Positions 16,865 to 24,239 of a DNA stretch of 32,000 nucleotides are shown one piece after another. Location of the stretch: contig JAIZWK010000001.1 of NCBI GenBank assembly GCA_021498095.1, positions 1,710,001 to 1,742,000 of the forward strand. The letters are read 5' to 3'. This stretch comes from Candidatus Harpocratesius repetitus (lineage in GTDB: Archaea; Asgardarchaeota; Lokiarchaeia; Sigyniarchaeales; Promethearchaeaceae). The translations under genes and the position numbers were made by a program. Below the pieces are notes generated by a model. That model ran no database searches and had not been told where the DNA came from. It was given only the letters and a program-made list of their open reading frames with translations. The first letter of the stretch is position 1. Every line of letters starts with the position of its first letter.

Positions 16865-17018
16865 CCTCTTAATTTTTTTGAATGAATTTTAAGAAAATTA
16901 ACTTATAATTTCAGTATTCGTTATAAAAAGTATTGCTTATCCATATAAAAACATTAAGGTATCCGAATATTTTTTATCTTTATTAGGGAATATTACAATA
17001 GAATAGGTTGGTTGAATT

Positions 17019-17786
17019 ATGAGTGATGGTGATAAAGAACTAATTATTGAAATTGAAAAATTAATTGACGAGGCGATGGAAGCACACGTTGCCATTTTAG
17101 GTATTTCGATTGGAACCGAAATTGCCACGAATATTTATACAAAATTCAAACCTGAAATATCTTCATTTTCTGAGCTTGAATTAATTGCTAGTTCAACCAG
17201 CTTTCAATATATTTCTAATTCTCTTTTTCGAAATATTGCTAAAAATAACTTAAATACAACTTATGTAACTGTGGATAAATTTACACTTTTAATGAGTATA
17301 ACAAAAGAAGTATCTGCAGCAATGGTTTTAGATCGAAATTTAGCAGAATTGGAAGGAATTGAGAAGTATAATAAAGTTTTAAAAGATTTAGCTCTAAAAG
17401 CAAATGCATTTATTGAAACAAGTGAGTATTTAACACAAGATCCTTTAGTTAAAATAATTCGGGCAGTTCCTAGCGCATTATTTTTAGGAATTATTGGAAA
17501 AGAAGGATTGCCTATCAAGATAATTGATGACGGATCAATACAAGCTGCCATGGTTAGTTCTCAAGTCGCTGCTTTGAGTAATTTAACAAATATTATGTTA
17601 AAGAGACCTATGGATTATGCTTTATTACAAGGAGAAGGTGCAAATCTTTTAGTTATACAGTTTGATGAAGAGCGAATTCTTGCAATTTCGATTCCTGAAA
17701 AAGAAAAGGAAAATGTGGGTCAATACCTAGCCCGGATTAAAGAGATAATTAAAAATAGTGATAGTAAATCGTTAGGTTTGTCTTAG
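17019..17786 (+). CDS. Tandem Roadblock/LC7-like domain protein
   Basis: Two ~120 aa helix-beta2-helix-beta3-helix units. The second (VPSALFLGIIGKEGLPI...VSSQVAALSNL...ALLQGEGANLLVIQ...ILAI) is typical Roadblock/MglB; the first is more divergent. Confidence 0.7.
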   Translation: MSDGDKELIIEIEKLIDEAMEAHVAILGISIGTEIATNIYTKFKPEISSFSELELIASSTSFQYISNSLFRNIAKNNLNTTYVTVDKFTLLMSITKEVSAAMVLDRNLAELEGIEKYNKVLKDLALKANAFIETSEYLTQDPLVKIIRAVPSALFLGIIGKEGLPIKIIDDGSIQAAMVSSQVAALSNLTNIMLKRPMDYALLQGEGANLLVIQFDEERILAISIPEKEKENVGQYLARIKEIIKNSDSKSLGLS

Positions 17787-17845
17787 TATTTTTTCTTTTC
17801 ACATTTCGTTCTTTTTTCTTAATTTTAGGAGATTAAGTTTCAGAA

Positions 17846-18628
17846 ATGCGAATTCAATTCTTGGGAACAAGTGGACATGGCATTACACTTGAACGAAATT
17901 TACCTGCATTATTAATAGACAATCAAATTTTGATTGATTGTGGTGAAGGAACCTTAAAAACCCTAAAAAGACTAAATGTTGACCTGCATTCAATTAAAGT
18001 TATTATTTTAAGTCATTTACATGCTGATCATTGTATGGGTTTACCTGCACTTCTGTGGGATTATGCTTTGTACTCACGAGAGGATATAAACAAACCTGTC
18101 TCTTCCCCTCTTATTTACGTACCTGAAGGAATGAAATATCATTTAGAGGGTATTTTGAAAGATTCCTTTTCACCTTTTGAGAGAGTAAATTTTTCTGTAA
18201 AAATAGTTGAGTTACCTTCTAAATCTCAAATGAATCTTGATATAACATTGGATTCAAGAAATTATCATATAGATTGGATTCCAAATGTTCATTTTCCATT
18301 ATGTTATGCGTTCCGAATTAATTTTAAATTAGGAATTTCTAATGATACTGCCCCAACCAAGAATTTAACTGATTTTTTTTCGGATCTTTCAATTGTTATT
18401 CATGAAGCTACATTCTTTGATGAGCAAGAAATGTTAGCACATCAATTAAACCACAGTACTCCATTAGATGCTGCAAATTTGGGGAAAAATGCTCATGTTT
18501 CTCAGGTTATTCTTACACATCTACCTGAATTAACTCAGAAAAATTCGAAATCTTTTATTTCGAATGCAAAAAAAATTTTTCCAAACATTGTTATTGCTCA
18601 AGATTTGGATGTGTTTAATCTTTCTTAG
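17846..18628 (+). CDS. MBL-fold metallo-hydrolase of the RNase Z/ElaC family
   Basis: FLGT, LIDCGEG, HLHADH, motif III His (NVH), NDT, HEATF, HST, LTH all present. The short motif III-IV spacer means tRNase Z function is not assured. Confidence 0.85.
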   Translation: MRIQFLGTSGHGITLERNLPALLIDNQILIDCGEGTLKTLKRLNVDLHSIKVIILSHLHADHCMGLPALLWDYALYSREDINKPVSSPLIYVPEGMKYHLEGILKDSFSPFERVNFSVKIVELPSKSQMNLDITLDSRNYHIDWIPNVHFPLCYAFRINFKLGISNDTAPTKNLTDFFSDLSIVIHEATFFDEQEMLAHQLNHSTPLDAANLGKNAHVSQVILTHLPELTQKNSKSFISNAKKIFPNIVIAQDLDVFNLS

Positions 18629-19904
18629 GATTCTTAAAGTTCCTTCGAAAAATACCCCAATTTATAGAAATAGTAAATATTCCGAGAAGTAAAAATAATA
18701 AAGGAATTGAGAAATCTGCAATCCAACCGAATAATGGGGCGAAAATTGCTGAGAATATTGATTTAGTTTGAGATTCTACGCTTAGAACCGTAGCACGTTC
18801 ATCTTTCCCTGCTAAATTTCCAATATAACCAATTAAAATTGGTCTTCGTAGATTGTATATCATATAAATTAATAAATATAGAATGATTACTCCTAATGAA
18901 ATTTGGAGTTGAAGAAAAATGCTAATTGCAAGCAAAAATACTCCAAATACATCAAAAAGAAAATTGTATGCTGTGGGCTCATCTTTGAATAATTTTCTAA
19001 ATGAATATGCATTTTTTGACGAAAATGATGAAATTAGATAGAAAATTGCATATAAAGAACTTAATAATATATGGGTATAAAATTCTGATTTTGATGAATC
19101 TAACTGTAGATCGCGAATAATGAAGATAATTAGAAGTGCCATAATGGGTTGTATGTAATCTTTAATTCCTTTGAAAGTTGCATCATAAGTAGCAGAGCTG
19201 AATATTGATTTGCGTAGATTATCCGTTTTAAGCATTTTTTTTATATTCTTTATACTTTCTTGAGCAAGGGCTTTTATACTTAGTGTAGAATTTTTTGTTT
19301 TTGAATTCATATACTTAGGATATGTTGAAATTAAAACGAAATCTGCTAAGAAAGGAATTATTGCAACGAGAAAAATCCATCGATCAGCAGGAATAATAAA
19401 TATTAAAATTGCTGCGAGAATTGAATTCAATGCAGATCCATAAAGTGACCATGAACGTGATCGGCCATAAATAAAAGACTTATAATCTAAAAGTTGGTTT
19501 TTTTCCATCCAATCCATTTCCATCGCTTTATGAGTGCCTGATCTAAAAGCTTCTCCCAATCCATATAAAACAGAACCTATTGCCAGAAAAATGAAAGATG
19601 GTCCAAGAAAATAACTGATAAATGCTAATATATAAAATGTAAAACATATCAATAACTCTGTTTTTTTTCCAAAATTATCTGCAAGAATTCCTGATGGTAT
19701 TTCAAACACGTAGGTAATTACTTCCCGGATTAACATTAAAATTCCAATCTGAAATAGTGAATATCCCCATGAAATGAAAATGAGATAAATAAAAGGTTCA
19801 AAAAATTGCAAGTTTTTGAAAAATCCATAAAATTGAAATTTCCACATCATTGGTTCTCTGCGGATTTTTTGTAATATTAAATTTTCTTCTTGAGAATTTG
19901 CCAT
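18615..19904 (-). CDS. MFS transporter
   Basis: About 12 hydrophobic segments; motif-A-like GILADNFGKK; GEAFRSGT. Start moved to ATG at 19904 (MANSQEE), which has GGAGTG 6 nt upstream; the track start is GTG 19913. Confidence 0.9.
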   Translation of the reverse strand: MANSQEENLILQKIRREPMMWKFQFYGFFKNLQFFEPFIYLIFISWGYSLFQIGILMLIREVITYVFEIPSGILADNFGKKTELLICFTFYILAFISYFLGPSFIFLAIGSVLYGLGEAFRSGTHKAMEMDWMEKNQLLDYKSFIYGRSRSWSLYGSALNSILAAILIFIIPADRWIFLVAIIPFLADFVLISTYPKYMNSKTKNSTLSIKALAQESIKNIKKMLKTDNLRKSIFSSATYDATFKGIKDYIQPIMALLIIFIIRDLQLDSSKSEFYTHILLSSLYAIFYLISSFSSKNAYSFRKLFKDEPTAYNFLFDVFGVFLLAISIFLQLQISLGVIILYLLIYMIYNLRRPILIGYIGNLAGKDERATVLSVESQTKSIFSAIFAPLFGWIADFSIPLLFLLLGIFTISINWGIFRRNFKNPKKD

Positions 19905-19916
19905 TCTTATCACTCC

Positions 19917-20900
19917 TTATTCTAAACCTATAAAATTAAGAATTTCTTGATATACTTCATAAGTAAACCTATCCATCAAAAGATTATGGCCGCCATTTTG
20001 ATACATACGGATTTTTTTCTTTGGGTGCGGCCATTTTTGAAATATTTTTTCAATTGATGCATGATCAACGATATTATCTGCAGTTCCTTGAAAAATAATG
20101 CATGGAAATGAAATTTTTGGAATTAATCTTGGAGTAAAATATATTAAATCCAGAAATTTCTTAAACATTCGATATGACATTTTAGATAATCGAAATGGGT
20201 CAGAATTTGAAAAATCTACATATTCTTTGTAGTATGTAGAATATTGCTCTTCTTTTAGTACTCGTTGCACAGGTTCGTTTTTTGTAAAAACTTTCCCTAT
20301 TGAGATCAGCGGATACAGCATAATATGTTTTAATTGCTTTTTTAATTTAAGAAGGGGAGATATTAATATTAATCCTTCAATCTTATGATCTTGATTTCGA
20401 TGAGCAATATGTAATGCAATTAAAGCACCTATGTCATATCCTAGTAAATAAATTGGTAGATCATACTTTTTTTTGTATTGGTATAAAAGATGTTCAATAT
20501 CAGTAAAAATCATTTTAATATTTTCGATATCTCCTAAATGTCCTCCCGCAAACCCTGCAGTTCTTCCATGTCCTCTATAATCAATACCAACAACTAATGC
20601 ACCATAATGAGTCAAAATATCTGCCAATGGATAAAAAATATCTGAACATCCATAAGCATCGTGAAATACAAAGATAATAAAACGAGGTGGAGAACTCGAC
20701 TTATTTTGGGTAGGTTGCCATTCTTGATAAAAAAACCGAAATCCCCCATCTAATTCATAGAAATATTCATTTATTCTTCCACATGACATGTTTTTTGCGA
20801 TTACTTGCCGTAAATCCTTTAGGCGTTTATAATACTGTTTGATCTCCTTATCGCTTAATCCTTTTGTTCCTAAAATACGAGATGAGATTTCGGGGTTCAT
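19917..20900 (-). CDS. Alpha/beta hydrolase, monoacylglycerol lipase/lysophospholipase-like scaffold, nucleophile Ser replaced by Asp
   Basis: DYRGHGRT, nucleophile elbow GYDIG, LISP, acid QGTADNIV, base GGHNL. Confidence 0.85.
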   Translation of the reverse strand: MNPEISSRILGTKGLSDKEIKQYYKRLKDLRQVIAKNMSCGRINEYFYELDGGFRFFYQEWQPTQNKSSSPPRFIIFVFHDAYGCSDIFYPLADILTHYGALVVGIDYRGHGRTAGFAGGHLGDIENIKMIFTDIEHLLYQYKKKYDLPIYLLGYDIGALIALHIAHRNQDHKIEGLILISPLLKLKKQLKHIMLYPLISIGKVFTKNEPVQRVLKEEQYSTYYKEYVDFSNSDPFRLSKMSYRMFKKFLDLIYFTPRLIPKISFPCIIFQGTADNIVDHASIEKIFQKWPHPKKKIRMYQNGGHNLLMDRFTYEVYQEILNFIGLE

Positions 20901-20948
20901 TGTGGCTCTGAGAATTTTAAAATTCGGTAGGGTTAATATCTTTCGGAA

Positions 20949-21974
20949 TTAAACTGAAAATTCTAAATACATCAATTCAGATGAAGATTTTTGAAAGATC
21001 AAATGCAAATTAGTTCGATTTTCTCTAAAAAGATTCGTCTTTTTTATCGGATGATCGAAAAGTTCTTTGAAACACCATATTTCTTTGAATTCTTGAGTCT
21101 TAAGATCCATTTCCCATAGCACAATTTGGTATTTTGAATTTATTTTTTTATTTCCAACAATGATTATCTTGTCATGCTCAGAATCTACTGAATTTAAGTT
21201 AATAATATTTTGAATATCGAAATCTCCCTCGAGAGTGCCTGGAAATCTTGAAAGGGGCGATATTTCAGTCCATGTATGGCCAATATCTGTAGACGTACTT
21301 GTTTGAAGAATAATGCTATTATAATTTTGACAGAAAATCTGCAATGTACTATCAGAAAGTTCAACAAGCCTTGCATTTTTTGTTCCAGGAAAGACATGTG
21401 GTATATTTTTTTCATCATCGTTTATCTTTTCTAAATCCTCTGGTTCCACAAATAATGAGAAATTCCAATGTTTTCCATTATCATCAGATGAGAGACTAAA
21501 AATTCGAAACAAATTAGGATTAAAAAGAGGTAGGATTATTTTTCCAGTTTGAAATCCTGTTTCTAAAATTGAAATAGAACCTGTTGGAATCCAAGATTCT
21601 TCCTCCGGAGAAATCTGAATTGGAGTATTCCATGTTTTTCCGTAATTATGTGACAATGCCGAATATAGCGTATAATTATTATTTTGAATTGAATCTTTTT
21701 GCGAAAAAATTAGAAGTAAATTCCCACTATTATCGATAATATGGAAAAAATTTTCAATAAATCTACCATTTTTTGCTTGAAGTGAGAAATTTGCTAATTT
21801 CCAGGGTTGTTCTGCTGAATTTCTAAGCAAAAAATTAATTTCAGAAGAATCTTGACGATAAAAAGAAATCATTTGTTGTCCATGAGGCAGTATTTGAAAT
21901 CTTGTATGCAATATTTTTTTTCCTCTTGAAAATTGATACATTGAAATGGATTCTTGGAAAATAAGTTCAACCAT
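20949..21974 (-). CDS. BNR/Asp-box repeat (sialidase-like beta-propeller) protein
   Basis: Three Asp-boxes SHNYGKTW, SDDNGKHW, STDIGHTW, plus GKIILP and LVELSDSTL segments typical of sialidase-like propellers; no signal peptide visible. Confidence 0.75.
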   Translation of the reverse strand: MVELIFQESISMYQFSRGKKILHTRFQILPHGQQMISFYRQDSSEINFLLRNSAEQPWKLANFSLQAKNGRFIENFFHIIDNSGNLLLIFSQKDSIQNNNYTLYSALSHNYGKTWNTPIQISPEEESWIPTGSISILETGFQTGKIILPLFNPNLFRIFSLSSDDNGKHWNFSLFVEPEDLEKINDDEKNIPHVFPGTKNARLVELSDSTLQIFCQNYNSIILQTSTSTDIGHTWTEISPLSRFPGTLEGDFDIQNIINLNSVDSEHDKIIIVGNKKINSKYQIVLWEMDLKTQEFKEIWCFKELFDHPIKKTNLFRENRTNLHLIFQKSSSELMYLEFSV

Positions 21975-22090
21975 AATTATTCAGGCTTGTATTTTGATTA
22001 ATTATTTTATTTAATGATATAATGTTATAGTTTAATAAAAAGCACAGAAATAAAAAAAAGAATTAAGATTTTTTACTATTAGGTCAAAAA

Positions 22091-22285
22091 TTATTCATCG
22101 GTTAATTCATATCCTAAAAGTTGGCAATTATGGACTTCTTTTTTTAAAAATTCTCTAATTGCTAAACGAATTGCTTCAGATCTTGATGGGACTAACCCTA
22201 TTTTCTGAATTTTTTCAATATTTTGAACATAAATTTCAGGTAAAGCAATGGTAATATTCTTCATCTTTTGACGTTCTAATCCCAT
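22091..22285 (-). CDS. Ribbon-helix-helix (CopG/MetJ/Arc) DNA-binding protein
   Basis: MKNITIALPEIYVQNIEKIQKIGLVPSRSEAIRLAIREFL: alternating beta strand, helix, G..SRSE turn, helix. The true start may be the second Met. Confidence 0.88.
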   Translation of the reverse strand: MGLERQKMKNITIALPEIYVQNIEKIQKIGLVPSRSEAIRLAIREFLKKEVHNCQLLGYELTDE

Positions 22286-22742
22286 AAATGAAAACCTTCT
22301 ATAAAATTTCGAAATATTACAAAAAATGCCGACTATAATAGAGGATGCACCAAATTATCCTTTCAATAACTGCAATATTATTAGACCTTTTCAACTTAAA
22401 AAATTTGTGGGTTTGTATATTCTTCCTTTTCTGATTTTCTTTTCCATTTTTGCATCTCTAAAGGTAAAGTGAGAAAATGACCGTCTTTTTTAAAATTGGA
22501 AAAGTTTAAATAAAGTATTTTTATATTCAAAAAGATTATTAATAGCAAAGACCAACATGCTATATAACCAAACCATAATTGTTTATTTGAAAATAATGAA
22601 AATCGTATAATGGAATAAATTAAAAAACCTCTTAAACTAAATAAAATACATATAAAAATAAAGAAGAGTGAATTTACTTTAACTCACAAATCAATTGCGA
22701 TTTTCTGAATAAATCAGTTGAAAAAAAATTGGCGGGTATATT

Positions 22743-23108
22743 ATGAGTAATGAAGAAACACTTGATGATATTTTGCATGATCTTTTATATTCTATTCCAG
22801 AAGTTCAAGCTGCAGCAATAGTTTCAGTTGAAGGACTTCCAATTGCATCTGCTTTGCCTCCTGATGCAGATGAAACTCGAATCGCAGCAATGACTGCTGC
22901 TATTTTATCTTTGGGAGAGAGGGCTGCGCAAGAATTGGGGAAAGGTACATTGGAGCAAGTATTTGTTAGAGGCGTTAATGGCTATATATTAACAATGAGT
23001 GCAGGTCCAAATGCTGTTCTTACAATCAGTACAACAAAAGATATAAAATTAGGCTTAATGTTTTTAGATACGAAACGTACATGCGATAAAATTGCCAAAT
23101 TAGTATGA
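22743..23108 (+). CDS. Roadblock/LC7 (MglB-like) domain protein
   Basis: IPEVQAAAIVSVEGLPIASAL...RIAAMTAAILSLGERAAQELGKGTLEQVFVRGVNGYILTM: classic archaeal Roadblock. Confidence 0.95.
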   Translation: MSNEETLDDILHDLLYSIPEVQAAAIVSVEGLPIASALPPDADETRIAAMTAAILSLGERAAQELGKGTLEQVFVRGVNGYILTMSAGPNAVLTISTTKDIKLGLMFLDTKRTCDKIAKLV

Positions 23109-23214
23109 GTCTTGTTAAGTTTTACTTCTTTTTATCATTAATTTATTCCTCTTCTTAATTTTTCATAATGCTAACTTCTGAATATTAATTTTTTTAAACT
23201 TATTATTTTTAAAT

Positions 23215-24114
23215 ATGGAGCAGGTCTATACACATTATTTTGGCATTATCTCTAATTCAAATACTAATAGAACCTCATCTGAAGCTATAACTCATCATCA
23301 TCATTTTATAGAAGATTTTTCTCGAGGTTATAAAGTCTGTATTCAATGTGGTTATGTCGCTGATGATCTAATCTTTTCACAACAGCTGCCTTTTTTAAAA
23401 AAAAATCAAGATGTACACGGTGTTTCTTCTAATTCTACAACATCTTCGCGTTTTTCAAAGATTTCTGCTTTATCTACAGTATCTCCTACTTTGAAACGAG
23501 CTTTTAAGCTAGAAAAGAAGATTCCTTGGATTGAAAAAAAAATTACTTTAGGAAAGATCGAAATTCAAAGACTTGCTTCTATTTTTTTGCTTCCAAGAGC
23601 TACAGCAGAGCGAGGTTTCTATCTATTTCAAAAGATATGTCATGACACGCGCTTTCGCACCCATTATATTAACCTTATGTGTCAAGTATGCCTGTATTAT
23701 GCCGCAAAAGAACAAGGATATCCGATAATATTAGAAGATATTGTAAATCAAACTTATTATAGAATCAGTCTAGCTCAACGATATTATTATCTATTGATCA
23801 CAGTGTTAAAATTACCAAATATATCAACAAATGCCACAGCATTTATCCATCGATATGGAACTCTATTACATTTAGACTCTAACCTGATTCAGAATGCAGT
23901 AAAAATTTTGCAACAATTTTCAAAATTCGCTAATTTGAGTGGATGTGATGTGAGAGGAATAGCCGCTGGAGTTTTGTATTTCACCTGTATTCATTTCCAT
24001 ATTCCAATAAGCCAGAAAAAAATAGCTCAAATGGCTGGAATCTCAGAAATTACGATTAGAAGTCGTTATAAAGATTTAAGAAAACTTCGTTTGAAAATTA
24101 TTTCCTCAAATTAA
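23215..24114 (+). CDS. Transcription initiation factor IIB (TFB) family paralogue, divergent
   Basis: Zn-ribbon-like HHHHFIEDFSRGYKVCIQCG, two cyclin folds, GIAAGVLY and C-terminal HTH SQKKIAQMAGISEITIRSRYKDL. Confidence 0.88.
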   Translation: MEQVYTHYFGIISNSNTNRTSSEAITHHHHFIEDFSRGYKVCIQCGYVADDLIFSQQLPFLKKNQDVHGVSSNSTTSSRFSKISALSTVSPTLKRAFKLEKKIPWIEKKITLGKIEIQRLASIFLLPRATAERGFYLFQKICHDTRFRTHYINLMCQVCLYYAAKEQGYPIILEDIVNQTYYRISLAQRYYYLLITVLKLPNISTNATAFIHRYGTLLHLDSNLIQNAVKILQQFSKFANLSGCDVRGIAAGVLYFTCIHFHIPISQKKIAQMAGISEITIRSRYKDLRKLRLKIISSN

Positions 24115-24239
24115 ACCATTTTTCTTTATTTTATCTACATAGAGATGAAAATATCAAGAATTTTTTCTTCCTTTATTCGAAGAAATCCTTATCATAATTC
24201 CGAAAATTTTTTTATAGTTATGTATTTGAGGTTCACAGT

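Noticed and set aside
18615-18628. 14-nt tail-to-tail overlap of the MBL hydrolase and MFS genes as antisense regulation
   Set aside because: Short convergent overlaps are common in compact genomes; nothing further supports a function.
22326-22472. Unlisted 48-aa ORF (MPTIIEDAPNYPF...FVGLYILPFLIFFSIFASLKVK) resembling a tail-anchored peptide
   Set aside because: The hydrophobicity comes from T-rich DNA, there is no ribosome-binding signal, and it overlaps the expected promoter of the RHH gene. Only ribosome profiling or conservation would rescue it.
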